Origin: Eledone cirrhosa
Taxonomy: Eukaryota
DNA length: 64,000 nucleotides
Direction: 5' to 3'
NCBI GenBank assembly: GCA_964016885.1
Contig: OZ024741.1
Span: 169,818,001-169,882,000 of the forward strand
In this document: positions 1 to 15,589 of the stretch, piece after piece
Layout of the letters: every line of letters starts with the position of its first letter
Position numbering within the stretch: position 1 is the first letter of the stretch
The notes under the pieces: generated by a model
What the model was told of the DNA's origin: nothing
The model's database searches: none
The model's input: only the letters and a program-made list of their open reading frames with translations
Position numbers and translations under genes: made by a program

Positions 1-219
1 TAATGTTTTGTTACAATATTACGATATAATACAGAATAAATTTAAAGATTTTGAACACTGAAGGACAGGTGAAAACAAATTTTATATAATATCTTTATGA
101 ACAGAAATACAATGTTTGCTAAAATTCTATAGCTTATTCTATAATAGATTGGAACATCGTGACAAAACAATATTAACACCCTAGTAATTTATTACTCGAA
201 CTAGCAGTCAAGGGCGCGT

Positions 220-560
<341 letters not shown>

Positions 561-952
561 AAAAGGACCCCCCCCCCAAAAAAAAAAACGGCTCAGTACT
601 ATATGAACACGCCAGACAAAGCATTACGGTAATATAGACAATATAGAAATTAAAATAATATCTAAGCATAGAAATGACTCAACAGGTAGGCAAATCAGAG
701 AAGCAACTGAGATAGAATTAAGAAAACCAAAGTTAAACAGACAGAACGAATGGAATAACAACAAGAAACATACCCAAACAAACAATACTGACCTAAGGGA
801 AATATGAATAAATAAATAAATATATACACAAGTACAAGAACAAAAAACACACACTAGTGAACAAAGATAGAATACAAAAACAAAAACATATTGACTCACC
901 AAACATTATACACACATGCAAACGCATGCGCAAACAGAGACAGAGACAGGAA

Positions 953-995
<43 letters not shown>

Positions 996-1039
996 AATAA
1001 AAATGGCCTAGGCATTACGATACAACGGGAGGAAACATA

Positions 1040-1320
1040 ATAGTACCACTGATGATGTCACAGATATGTGACGAAAGATCTTTGATAGACTATATATATA
1101 TATTTATATCTGTATTTTTAACCGTTGGTCAATCAATGATAAACATTGATTGCCAGATAAATTAACTATGGATATATAAAAGATACAGAAGCGAAAACCA
1201 ACAAAAACGAAACAGTGAGTGTGTTCTGTTATTATTTCTGGCAATATTATAACAATATGACCCTCCCCAAGTATGACAATATTTGTTTCAACACACGATT
1301 TCATATAAAAAACCTTGCAA

Positions 1321-1328
<8 letters not shown>
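1040..1328 (+). mobile_element. Short non-coding hammerhead-bearing repeat (solo pLTR/retrozyme-like, family H1), diverged copy
   Basis: Hammerhead plus 3' segment (ccctccccaagtatgacaatatttgtttcaacacacg...) shared with 45020-45095 and 55950-56030; ends in (TA)n. Confidence 0.6.
1044..1087 (+). ncRNA. Minimal type I hammerhead ribozyme (family H1)
   Basis: TACCA-CTGATGA-T-GTCACA gata TGTGAC-GAAA-GATC-TT-TGATA: intact core, 6-bp stem II, palindromic AGATCT stem III, stem I with one mismatch. Confidence 0.75.
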
Positions 1329-1356
<28 letters not shown>

Positions 1357-1411
1357 CAGTGAAATAAGATAACAAGGACGATTGGTTACTCCTTCATTAC
1401 GTTTATTGGTT

Positions 1412-1496
1412 GGTGACGCGCGTTTCGCCACTGATCAGCTCAAGGTTCGATCTGTATCGATCTGACCCGACTCTGTAAACCGCGGCTCGTCAGACC
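1412..1496 (-). ncRNA. Type I hammerhead ribozyme with long stem II insertion (family H2)
   Basis: Minus strand: GGT-CTGACGA-GCCGC...(about 50 nt)...GTGGC-GAAA-CGCGCG-TC-ACC; canonical core, GUC cleavage triplet, palindromic stem III. Confidence 0.8.
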
Positions 1497-2075
1497 CCTT
1501 GTAATGTTAATGGAAAAATGAATATACATGCCGTATGATAAAGTCAGATGTTCCTATGGTGGTCAGTAAAGTTTGTTTTGATTGGTGGATTCATTCATAG
1601 GGATGTTTTTGTCTGTAGTGTATGTGGGGAGGGGGGGGCAAGTTGGTGGTGCCGGGCGTAGGTGAAGTGGGTGGTGGTGTGGGGGTGTTGGTTGTCGGTA
1701 GACAGTTTGCCATGTAGATGTGGCTGATTTTTGTGTGTGGTGTGTGTGTGTGGTGGTTTTGTTTATGATAAGGATGAATATCACCCCACCATAAACTTCA
1801 TTCTTTTCCATTAACATTACAAGGGGGTCTGACGTTGGTTTATGCAAATCGTTTTTTTTCTGTGAAATAAAGAAGGCACTTAGTTACTAAAGGGAGCTCG
1901 ATATAAGGACTGAAACCGTTTCAGCCGAGCCCTTTTTAGCTGTCCACAAAGTTGTATAGAAGACAAATAGTTTTTTTTATCTCTCTATACATACAGTGTT
2001 GGCATCTCTTCTGATAAAAGATATATTTATTTAACTCAGCATTCATATGGAGATATATATCTAATAATGTTTTAC

Positions 2076-2125
<50 letters not shown>

Positions 2126-2335
2126 CATACATACATTTATACATACACACATATATCACACATACATACACACATACACCACGTATACATACATACATAC
2201 ATACATACATACATAAATTCATACATCATACATGAGATAGAAAGAGAGATAACAACGGAGAGCACTAAAAATCAAAAAGCAAACAAAACATTACTCCTCC
2301 TCCTCCTCCTCCTCCTCCTCCTCCTCCTCCTCCTC

Positions 2336-2380
<45 letters not shown>

Positions 2381-2556
2381 TCAGATATCATTTTGATTGC
2401 TTTTACACGTTAGTTGAAGTAGCATGGTGAGCGAGGTGGATATTTATGTTATAACAAAAATGACAGTCTGATATCGCTGTTAACATAGTTTATGTGACAT
2501 TAAATGTTAATAAACAATATCACATCGTATGTACATTGAGTCTAGTACTGTATGTA

Positions 2557-3800
<1,244 letters not shown>

Positions 3801-3835
3801 CATCGCATCCAAGATATGTGTTGTCACTTGAGTTA

Positions 3836-4927
<1,092 letters not shown>

Positions 4928-4989
4928 ATTTTATATATGTATATGTATGTATGGTGTATGAATGTATGTATGGTGTATGATGTATATAT

Positions 4990-5430
4990 GCTTAAGAGTC
5001 AATGGCCATCCAAAATCACCGGGAGAGATGACCCCTTAGCCTTTGTCAAGGCAGAATTCTAGGAGAAGGAAAACTCTAATATAACACCTGCAACCCTGAT
5101 GGTATCCAATGATGTTGACTTGTTCTTCTTTTTGGTAAATATCATCTTGGTTAAGAGAGTGGGACTGGCTTTGTGCAGTGCCTTTGCTCACTATAAAAGC
5201 TTCACGGCACAGGCATTGCTTTATATCTGGAGATCTCTCTGCACTTGTCGTCACATGGTACCATGGGCCCAGCACTATGTGTCAATAATTGTCACAAGTG
5301 TAGTGTTTGTACCAGAGTTTTCAAGTCGCTGGCTGGACTAAAAAGTCACACTCGTTCAGCGCATCGGTAGGGGTTCTCCTACATGGATATAAAGTAGTGG
5401 CCGTACTCGAAAACGAGTTGGCAGCCACTG
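4990..5430 (+). mobile_element. 5'-truncated copy of a young non-coding repeat (probably RTE-derived)
   Basis: Near-identical reverse complement of 56443-56885; contains ctaggagaaggaaaactct, which I recognise from RTE 5'UTRs. Confidence 0.65.
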
Positions 5431-5519
5431 TATACATGTATATATGTTTGTGAATGTGTGAGTATATATTCATAATTCTGTCTATCTCTCTGACTGATTG
5501 CCTGTATGTATATCTAAAT

Positions 5520-7100
5520 CCAAGAAGACCTTGGCCCGCGTGAGCCTTCTCCAATACCCTGAAGAAGGCTTCCTCCCAGACAGCTAGTGTGGCTTTCGTA
5601 CACAGCGTGGAATTGCTGATATATTTGTTACATTCCAGCTTTAGAGAAAATGCCTGGAGCAGAACAATTACCTATTCGTGATGTTCGTCGATCTGATTAT
5701 GGCATTTGATACTGTCAGAAGGGATGGCCGGCCTATACAAAATAATGGAAAATTTGGTTGACTTGCAGGTTAGTTACGGTATTTGGTGGTTTTATGATGG
5801 TATGATGTTGAACGTTTTAGACGTTTGTAACAAGTCAAAGCCTTCGCAGTGACAGAGCACATAAAGAAAGCATGCGTTCTCGCACTTTTTGTCTTCAGTA
5901 TTGTCTTTCTTGCTATGTTGCATGATGCCCTATCACCATTGCCGGGATGGCATACACATCCAGTAAATGACTGGTGATGGCTGCCACAAGGTTGTCACAA
6001 AGATAAAAGAAACCGTTATCAAAGATTTATTATTCTCTGATGAGAGTTCCATTAATGCTAGTATACAGAGTAAGATGCAACGAGAAATTGACAGCTTCTC
6101 AGAAGTCTGTGACAACTTAGGATTCAAAATCAGCATCAACAAACCGAAATTATATATTTGCCTGTATATGGAAAGCCCTACCACAAACTACATATCACAG
6201 TTACTGGACAGAAATTACAAGCTGCCAGTAATTTCACCTATCTGGGAAGTATCTTCACACGAACGGCAATAGAATTGCGAAAGCCAGTGCCACTTTTGGG
6301 AGGCTCCACGACAATGTATGGGAGTGAAGAGAAATCAGCCTCACTAAAAAAGTCTAAAGTCTGTCTTAAACCAGAAGGCTCATTTGGCCGGTGCTTATCC
6401 TGGTTTCATGGCGTGAAGCGACAGAGAGTACAAGACTCTCCCTGTACGGGACGCCAGTCCATCGCAGCCATTGCTAGTACTCGTTTTCAGCTGAGTATAG
6501 TGGTGCAACGTGAAATGAAGTGTTTTGCTCAAGAACATAACACGCACCCAGGATTCGAACCCACGGCGTTATGATCGTAAGTCCAACACCCTTACAATTA
6601 GGTCACGTGCCTCCACCAGCCTCACTACCAAGCTGGAAATCTATTGAGCAGTGGTGCTTACCCCGCTCCTCTACACCGATCAGACCTGGACTGTCTACAG
6701 CAGACATGCTAAACAGCTCAACCATTTCTATTTGAACTGCCTCTACAGACTTCTTCACATACGGTGCGAGGGCAAAGTCCTAGATTCGGAGGTCCTGAAA
6801 CTGACTCACAATATTAACACTCGCCTACAGAAGGCTCAAGTCGGATGGATAGGTGATGTTGTTAGGATATCTGACAATAGACTGCCGTAACAGTCGTTGA
6901 ATGGAGAGTTGAGCCACGGTTTGCGCTCAGGTGGGGGACAGAAGAAAAGTTTCAAAGAAATTTAAAAGTGCCTCTTACACACCTCAACATCAATCTCATT
7001 AGCTTGTTATCACTTGCCGTACATCTCTCAACCTGGCGAAAGAAAACTTTGAGGGACTATACACAGCAGATACCATACGCATAACGTTCCGCGCATAGGG
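5520..7100 (+). mobile_element. Degenerate RTE-clade LINE (RT domain and C-terminus)
   Basis: FLPDS*CGFRTQRG..KCLEQN, MFVDLIMAFDTV, LLFSDES (YADD site), FTYLGS, LLYTDQTW, G*IGDVVRISDNRLP. Confidence 0.85.
6347..6616 (-). mobile_element. tRNA-derived SINE with V-domain-like core, inserted in the RTE
   Basis: B box (ggttcgaatcc on minus strand), core tgcgatggactggcgtcccgtacaggg, 11-bp TSD cagcctcacta at 6336-6346 and 6617-6627; second copy at 18768-19055. Confidence 0.8.
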
Positions 7101-7219
7101 TGCGATCGACATCCACTTTTCTTGCAGCACTCACCCACATGTTCCCCGCTCCTGGAAGAACATCGAGTAGGAATGCATTGAAGTAGTCATCTCTATATCT
7201 TGTCAGCTGAGTGGAATGT

Positions 7220-7263
7220 GGTTCACTGATGAGATCTAACTTGATCGAAACATGTCTGTAACC
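7220..7263 (+). ncRNA. Minimal type I hammerhead ribozyme (family H3)
   Basis: GGTTCA-CTGATGA-GATC taactt GATC-GAAA-CATG-TC-TG(T)AACC: canonical core, GUC triplet, palindromic ACATGT stem III. Confidence 0.8.
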
Positions 7264-7536
7264 TTCAACAGTTGGCTTCTACTTTCATCGTCTTTAGTTT
7301 ACAAAAGTCCGTATAGCTGATATTAGAGAAGGTTATTTCTTTTTTTCATTGTTTTAGACACACACGTGCACATACCCATGCATAGCACTTTTGTATACAT
7401 GCATACATGCGTGTAGGAAGAGTAAGAAGATATTATGCGTATGTATTTATATATGTACACATGAATGCATACATATACAAATCCATATGCATGTATTCAT
7501 ATATTTATATATTTATGAATATTATTTATATATTTA

Positions 7537-7627
<91 letters not shown>

Positions 7628-7643
7628 TAAAATAACAGATTAA

Positions 7644-7694
7644 AGTTTAAGCAAAGAATCGCTGCTTTCACCCTTAACGGGATCTTCTGAAACT
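7644..7694 (-). ncRNA. Variant hammerhead (CAGAAGA core) in Penelope pLTR
   Basis: Same 51 nt as 20487-20537. Confidence 0.6.
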
Positions 7695-8620
7695 AACAAA
7701 GTCAATCTGTAAACGCAGAACTGGATATTTCAAAAAGGGCTGCAACCGGAGGAAGACAGGAAGACGATACTTTGGTTCGTGGAAACGTTCGATGGCAAAG
7801 AACGGGAAAAAACGAATAATACGTCATTAATAGGAGCAGTGAAAAACAATTACGCGTAAAGACAGAACCACGTTTATGGTATAAAAGAGGTCGTAGACTA
7901 ATGTTCTCTTAGGTGGTGCATAGAGACGTTCTCTGGCAATGAACGAAAAAACGAAGATAATAAGTCATATGTGGAGCGTGGAGAACAATAGCACGCAAAG
8001 ACAAAACCACGTAAATGGTATAGCAGAAGTTGTAGACTAAAATTCTAACTAGGAGACCAAATGAATCTCCGCTACAGAGTTTAGAACAAAGTAAATAAAT
8101 ACAATACAGAAGTAATAGAAACAAATAAATACATACACGCAAACAGATACGTACATACACAAGCATACGCAAAACTTTACCATAGGTATACAAAACCACG
8201 CACATATAAATATGTGTGTGTGTATGCTTGTGTACAAATAAATAAATAATTATATAAACGTATATAAGTAAATAAATACGTATATAACAAGCGCACACAC
8301 ATACCTACAAATAAATACACGAATGTTCGGAGGCGTAAGTCAACTAAAACAAGAAGTACACATATACACACACCCACCATACGTACGAACCTGCATACTC
8401 ACGCAGACGCAAAACTCCCGTATACACATAGCCAGACCCTAAATACCAGAATATGTAAAAATTATACGCCATAACAGTCAAATATACGTACGAGAAGGTA
8501 TACGTACCTTCACAAAACGTACGGGTAATATATACTTACCTATGCAAATAAGTAAAGGAATAAACAAAACATATACTTAGCTCCCACATCAAGACGTAAA
8601 ATATCCACGTATAGATCGTG

Positions 8621-9207
8621 TTATCCGTTAGGGTATAACGTGGGGCTGTAATACAGGAAAGTTTTGTGCAATTTATGTTTACAAGCCGAAATTGCCTCAG
8701 ATTTTTTGTTTAAGATGAGGTCTGTGGCGTAGAGTATTTCCAGGGCCTCAGCGGCGCAGAGGTCACATGGTCTTTTATTTCCGTTATACGGTCTAGCCCT
8801 AGCTAGGATCTCCCAGTGTAACTTATATTGGGTGTGGTTGTCTTTTAGACTCCAGATATAAGCTGAAAGTGATGTCATATTCCTTCTTAGAGGGTAACGA
8901 AAAGAATGGGTATGCATGTAAAGACGCTGCTTGAAACTATTGGCGGTTAACCCTATGTAGGCCCTATGGGACGTGGGTGTTACAACCTTACATTTGTAGA
9001 CAATGTTACTAGAGAGGCATTTCCCGGATAGGGGGAAATCAGCCCGATTCCTACAATTACAGTTAGTACTAACTGCAGGGTTGCACGTGTTCCTACGGCT
9101 AGGTAGTTTAGCTAAATTTGAAGCTGTGATGTTATGTGCAAGGTTAGGAGTCGTAGAGTAAGAAATTTTAATAGTATTTCTATTAAAAATTTTACTATAT
9201 TTTCCCG
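8621..9207 (-). pseudogene. GIY-YIG endonuclease fragment of the Penelope ORF
   Basis: IVYKCKV..AYIGLTANSFKQRLYMH..CDLCAAE; near-identical to the C-terminus of ORF 21347-22816. The N-terminal part of the track ORF is antisense pLTR. Confidence 0.9.
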
Positions 9208-9352
9208 TAATTGTTTTTAATGACGTATTATTCGTTTTTTCCCGTTCTTTGCCAGCGAACGTTTCCACGAACCAAAGTATCGTCTTCCTGTCTTCCTCCG
9301 GTTGCAACCCTTTTTGAAATATCCAGTTCTGCGTTTACAGATTGACTTTGTT

Positions 9353-9403
9353 AGTTTCAGAAGATCCCGTTAAGGGTGAAAGCAGCGATTCTTTGCTTAA
9401 ACT
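9353..9403 (+). ncRNA. Variant hammerhead (CAGAAGA core) in inverted Penelope pLTR
   Basis: Same 51 nt as 20487-20537. Confidence 0.6.
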
Positions 9404-9509
9404 TTAATCTGTTATTTTAATAAATATTTGCTCTACGGTTCTTATATATTTGATATATATTTTCCTTATCGAGCCCTCTTTGGTTTTTAGTCTTCAATTT
9501 TATTATTAT

Positions 9510-9544
<35 letters not shown>

Positions 9545-9799
9545 AACCATAAAATATGAACAGACCGCCACCTCAACAGACCATAAAAACAAATCTATTA
9601 CATTTAACATCAATTGAAAACTATTTTAAAACAGATTGGGTTTTTTTTTCAGACAATATTATCACCTGTTTATCTTCCTATGAAAAAACAAAACAAAACA
9701 AAAACAAAGAAACAAAAAAAAAAAAAATTAAAGAACACAACAAACGAAATCTGAAGTTGTTAAAAAAACGAAGCAAAATGCTTGGATCAAATGTTTATA

Positions 9800-10263
9800 T
9801 CTAAACTATAAAATAAGGAGTACGGGACTGCGTCCAGAATATATTATTTTATCCCGTTTGTAAAATAAGTTGGATTACTTTGAATAAATAATGAATGAAT
9901 ATTACATAATTTATGTAGTAAATTTCGTTATTCTTGATTAAATATGAATAATTTTGTTGCTTATTTTAAGATTCACTTCTTTAAAATTTTCAAATGTAAA
10001 CACTTCCGGTTCGCTTAAATAAACATTCATATATTTCCGTCACTAATTTTCTCCTAATGCAGTTTATATATAATATCGTCTTTTTTTAATGTATCATGGA
10101 TTACGTTACTGATTACATAAGACAGTGTAACGCAATCTTCGTTCAATTTCTGTGTTTGTTGTCAATTACGATTTTATTTGATGTATATATACTTGCGTAT
10201 AATATCAATATGCACGTTACACATGCTAGCACAAAACCACCAGAAGGGTGGTATTTCTGCTAG
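9800..10263 (+). mobile_element. Non-autonomous Helitron, copy 1
   Basis: 5' TC after host A, 3' CTAG before host T, subterminal hairpin accacc-agaag-ggtggt, no TSD; paralogous to 11672-12221. Confidence 0.8.
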
Positions 10264-10769
10264 TTAATGTAATAAATACAGGTAGTGTTTAAATATCTTT
10301 TAGAGAACTGAACTACAGGAACATGAATTGGTATGGAAATGCAAGGAAAGTCTATGTGGTGATTAAAGTTGCGAGAAAGCTCAAAGAAAATCTCACACAA
10401 ATCATAGACTTGTGTCTTTAAATAGAAGAAACACTGAAAAGATACATTGGATAATGTAGACTTGGTTATACACCAACATGAAATCATTGTTAGAATGTCT
10501 TTGATCATAGGTGTCATCGATCAGATCTAAGCTTGGAATAAACAACAATAAGAACACCAAGAACTCTATGCCTGCTGGACCAGAGTCAATGTTAGGTTAA
10601 ACACCACCACCATAACAACAACCACCACCGCCGCCGCCGGCACCACCAACAGCAGCAGCAGCAACAACAACAATAACAACACTTCAACTGCTTGATCAAG
10701 GATGAAAAAATAACTACGCCTATTAGTCTGCTGGATCAGGTTACATATAGGGTTAAATAATTGACCAGC

Positions 10770-11185
10770 AATTTGAAAGGAATTGGATTGCCGCTTAAAT
10801 CGATCCCAGTGCATTACTCGTGCTTTATTTTATCGATCCCGGAAGGATGAAAGGCAAAGGTAACCTCAGTGGGATTTGAACTCAGAACGTAAAGGGCCGT
10901 AACAACAAGCTGCAAAGCATGTTGTCCGACGTTCTGTCAATACTGCCAATACACCACCCTTATCTAGAGTTCACTAATGGTTTCTGACTTAGGCACAAGG
11001 CCAACAATTTTGGACTAGTGGAAAGTCGATCAAATTGATCCTAGTATATTACTGGTACTGTATTTTATCGACTCCGTAAAAATGGCATACAAAGCTCAAC
11101 TCGGCGGGATTTGAACTTGAACGTCAAGGGACAAAAGTATATGCCGAAAAGCATGTTGTCCGACGCTCTACCAATGCTGCCAATG
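10770..11185 (-). mobile_element. Two tandem Meta-domain-like tRNA SINEs
   Basis: tttatcgatcccggaaggatgaaaggcaaagg..gggatttgaactcag motif occurs twice. Confidence 0.75.
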
Positions 11186-11199
11186 TACAGTCCTCATCT

Positions 11200-12280
11200 A
11201 GGGTACATAGTACCAAGTCTGTTGGATCAGAGTTACATAGGGCTAAACAATAACAACAGTAACAATATCACTAGGTCTGCCGAGTTGACCTAGGGTAAAT
11301 AACTAGAGCATCATTAAGATAGCGTTATGATTGCTGTATCAGAGTCGAACAAGTGTTACGAAACAACAACAAATATAACAATATCATTAGGGTTGCTAGA
11401 TCAGATTTGACCTGGGGTTAAACAACAACAACAACAAACAATAACGCTAGCATTAAGACTGTAGGATCAGAGTTCCCCTATAACAACAATAACAACAATA
11501 ACAGAGTTCACCAATAACAACACCAATAACAATAATAACAACAAAAATAACAATAACATTAAGACTTCTCGGATCACAGTCGACCTAAGTTTAAACATCA
11601 TAAACAGAAATAACATAGTTTTAGGACTGTCGGATCAGAGTCTACCTTGGCTTAAACGATGACAACAGTAATCTAAACTATAATAAAGTAAGAAGCGCGG
11701 GACTGCGTACGGTTTATAATTTTTTTTTATCCCATTAGTAAAATAAGTTGGATTACTTTGAATAAATAATTGTTTCTACTTTTGGCACAAGGCCAGCAAT
11801 TATCTCAGTGTATTACTGGTACTTTATTTTATCGATAATGAATAAATATTACATAATTTATCTACTAAATTTCGTGGCTGTTCATTAAATATATTTTATT
11901 ACTTATTTTAAGATTCACTTCTTTAAAATATTCAATTGTCAACACTTCCAGTTAGCGATCGTTTAAATAAATATTCATATATTTCTGTCACTAATTTTCT
12001 CCTAATGCAGTTTATATATAATATCGTCTTTTTTTAATGTATCATGGATTACGTTACTGATTACAGAAGACAGTGTAACACAGTCTTCGTTCAATTTCTG
12101 TGTATATTGTCAATTACGATTTTATTTGATCATATCTACATGCATATATACTTGCGTATAATATCAATATACACACTACACATGCTAGCAGAAAACTACC
12201 CTTCGGGTGGTTTTCTGCTAGTAACAATAACATTAGGACCGCCAGATTAGAATTGACTTAGGATTAAACAACAACAACGA
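11200..12280 (+). repeat. Degenerate tandem array of a retroposon-tail-like unit (ggatcagagttgacctrgggttaaacaacaacaac..)
   Basis: About 8 units of 50-80 bp, each ending in (AAC/AAT)n; related units at 10500-10760; interrupted by Helitron copy 2. Confidence 0.65.
11672..12221 (+). mobile_element. Non-autonomous Helitron, copy 2 (with an internal SINE 3' fragment at about 11770-11835)
   Basis: A|TC...CTAG|T ends; terminal hairpin ctagcagaaaactacc-cttcg-ggtggttttctgctag. Confidence 0.8.
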
Positions 12281-13504
12281 CTTTGGACATCCTAAACCTA
12301 TCGGTGCCCATCCTTCTCTAGGATGAACCATAGATGATTTCGTCCAGAGAGAGCGAAAGACAGAGAGAGAGAGAAGGGGTGGGGGTGGGGGATCAACTCC
12401 AGTATATATCGACCTAGAAAAGATAAAAAGGCAAAATTAATCACAGCGGGATTTGAACTCAGTGCGCAGAGCCGGAATCTAGGTATATTTACGATGTCCT
12501 AACAACTCTACCTATTCGCTGTCTTTGCTACTTTGTAAATGAGACATAAAAGGTTGGCAAAATCTAGAATAAATCCCTAAAATGGAAGGACATATTGAAT
12601 AATATACTGTTGGCAATCCTATATTTGAAAGAAAGGTAGGCATGTCACAGCTTGGATATCTGTGAGGATAGGTCTGCAAGATCATGGAAGTCTAGTGCTT
12701 TTGATTCTATTCTGTATTATATCCCCTAAAGTCCCTCGAGTCAACGAAGAAGCATGTATATGTTCACTTGACCGGCGGGAGGTAACAGCTACATTTTCCA
12801 CTATAAACCACAACTCAATTCCTTGAAAAAGAGCCCAATTGATAATATACTCCTAGATACATTTATCCAACGAGGAAGCCTATACATGCTCAATTGACCA
12901 GTGAGAATAACAATCGAATTTCATTCCACCAAACAACACCATACCATATTGAAAATGGCCACATTTGATAATGCAAACCTATATGTACTGTATCTGGAAA
13001 AATAGCCATGATGGCAATGGAACGTTTTTTTTTAATCATAGGTCTATTTAGTCATAACTGACCTGGTGTTAAACTACAAATAATGTGTAATTTTGGAAGG
13101 CCTTGCGGATATATTTAAACAGAAATGTTTTATTTTGTGATTTTTATTATTATCCAGATACAAGTCAACGTAGTTGCTCGACTACAAGGATTAATAGACA
13201 AATCTCCCTCTCAACTTAAATGAAAATAAATGATGAATAAACTAGAAAATGTAAACTCTCATATACAAAAGACGGAATAGGCACAGCTGGAATACCTTTG
13301 ATTATAAGTATGCTGTACCACGGTGCATTAGGGATGAAACATTAACAACAACAGCAACACCAACAATAGCAACAACTCTGAAGAAAGGTAACACAGCTGG
13401 TAACACGAACAAATATTTTTCTACTCACATCACACTAACATTATTAATCTTTGATTAGGGGATTTGGTTTAATCTTTGATTAAGATTTGATTAATCTTTG
13501 ATTA

Positions 13505-13693
13505 GGGCGGTGGATTGGCAGTATCGGTAGAGGGTTGGACGCCATGCTTTGCAGCACAGTTACGTCCCTTTACGGACTGAGTTCAAATCCCGCCGAGGTT
13601 AACTTTGCCTTTCATCCTTACGGGGTCGATAAAATAAAGTACCAGTAATACACTGGGATAATTGCTGGCCTTGTGCCAAAAGTAGAAACAATT
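13505..13693 (+). mobile_element. Full-length Meta-domain-like tRNA SINE
   Basis: A box tggcagtatcgg, B box gagttcaaatccc, core actttgcctttcatccttacggggtcgataaaat; TSD attaatctttgatt 13490-13503 and 13694-13707. Confidence 0.85.
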
Positions 13694-14269
13694 ATTAATC
13701 TTTGATTTCAACGATATAGCTGAGAGGAAATGAACATAGGAACAGAGCTAATGTAGTAATGATGATTAACTGTTCCTGAACACGTCAGTGTTCTCGTGTG
13801 GGTTTATGTAAATATGTGCTTGTGCATGTTAAATTTTATGTGTATATGTGTAACTATTTGTGAATATATGTATATATCTTGGATTATTTTAAAAAATCTT
13901 TTGTTTAAGCCATATAATTTTTACTGTTCAAATTTCCTTTCTAATTTTCCCACTACTGTTTTATTTTCACATTGCTTCTGTCTTAAATATCTTTCATCAC
14001 AACTGATTAAAACATTTTTATTTACCCAAAGATTGTATCAGTTATCGTTGTTGTTTTTCTAATTGGCAAAATTATTAGAGCATCAAACAAAATGCCTTGC
14101 TTTAATTAATTGTGACCTTTTACGTTCAAATTAACTATGCTTTTCAACCTTAAAATATAGAAGCCCCTTAAAATTATGTAGCAGTCAAGTAGCAAGGTCG
14201 GTTTAAACAAATAGCCTCTCCTCCTAATTTTTCTAGCTTTAGCCCTCTTTTTAGAAACAATAATTTCCT

Positions 14270-15280
14270 TCACAGTAAGGCGGTGGGTTGACAGACTCCT
14301 TAGCGCATCGAAAAAATGACCTGCAGTATTCCATTTTGGCACTTTGCATTCCGATATGAAATTTCATCACAATCAACTTTGCCTTCGTCTTTCTGGGCTC
14401 GATAAAATAACGTACCAGTCAAGTTCTGTAGTCAATTTAATCAACTAAATCTTTCCCCTCAAGATCTCAGGCCGTTTGCTTTATTTAGGAACACTAATGT
14501 ACTCAAAGGCTCCTTCTAATTATTGAACAATCACATGTAATATTCATTTTTAATTTACGCATAAGGCTAAACATTTGAAAGGAGAAGAAAGTCGATTATA
14601 TCGACTCTAGTCTTGACTGGTATTTTATTTAATCGACCCCAGGAAGATGAAAACCAAATTTGATCTCAGGGAAATTTGAACTCAGAAAATAAAGTATTTG
14701 TCTGACTCTCTAACGATTCTGTCAATCCACCTTTTCACATTTACATGTACAGAATGGTTTCTGATTTAGGCACAAGGCCAATAATTTTGTGGAGGGGAAA
14801 GTTAATTAAATCAACCCAGTGCGTTACTGGTACTTTATTTTATCGACCCAATAAAGATGAAATGCAACAGTAACCTTAATGGGATATGAGCTCAGACGTA
14901 AAAGGACGTAACTATATGACGCAAAGCATGTTGTCCGATACTCTACCGACAGTGACAATCAAACGCTCTCCAAATTACATGTAATAATTGTTTCTATTAT
15001 AGGCACAATGCCTATAATTTTGGGGGAGGGGAAAGTCGATTAAATCGACCCCACTACGTTACTGGTGCTTTATTTTATCGACCCCGTAAGGATTAAAGTC
15101 AAAGCTAACCTCAGCGGGATTTGAACTCAGGACGTAAAGGGCCATAACTTTATGCTGCAAAGCATGGTGTCTGACGCTCTACCGATAATGCCAATCTAAG
15201 GCACAAGACCAATAATGTTAGAGGAGGGAAAGTCGATTAAATCAACTCAAGTGCATTACTGGTACTTTATTTTATCAAAC
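14270..15280. mobile_element. Cluster of about 5 Meta-domain-like SINE copies
   Basis: Repeated SINE core and tail motifs, mostly on the minus strand. Confidence 0.75.
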
Positions 15281-15589
15281 TCTGGTCGCTAGACGCCATA
15301 TTGTATTCCTACATTTTGGTTCTTTTTGACTAACTACAGCTTAAGTTTTATTGCAGATATGAAAACAAAATTAAAATTTAGTCTTTATATAGTTCAATGA
15401 TATGTTTTTCGGGTGAGAATAACATTGAATGCTATGTCATTGTTCTTCGTGGTTTGAGTTGATATATTAGTTTCAAGCAGTTTGCGTACCTTTAGAATAT
15501 TATAATAATCTCACTACCTGGTGCCCCAGCATGGCCTCAGCCGGATGGCTGGAACAGATAAAAGAGTAAAAGAGTATATACATTTTTTT

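Larger units (their letters stand above)
7622..9512 (-). mobile_element. 5'-truncated Penelope-like element with inverted pLTR
   Basis: 7622-9210 is the reverse complement of about 22230-23818 (GIY-YIG, 3'UTR, pLTR). 9218-9512 is a pLTR in the opposite orientation. Both ends lie in (TA)n. Confidence 0.92.

Noticed and set aside
5559-5600. CTGAAGA hammerhead-like start
   Set aside because: No GAAA or stem III; lies in RTE coding sequence.
13505-13600. tRNA-like A/B boxes (also at 6540-6610 and 41570-41650)
   Set aside because: SINE heads; no complete cloverleaf.
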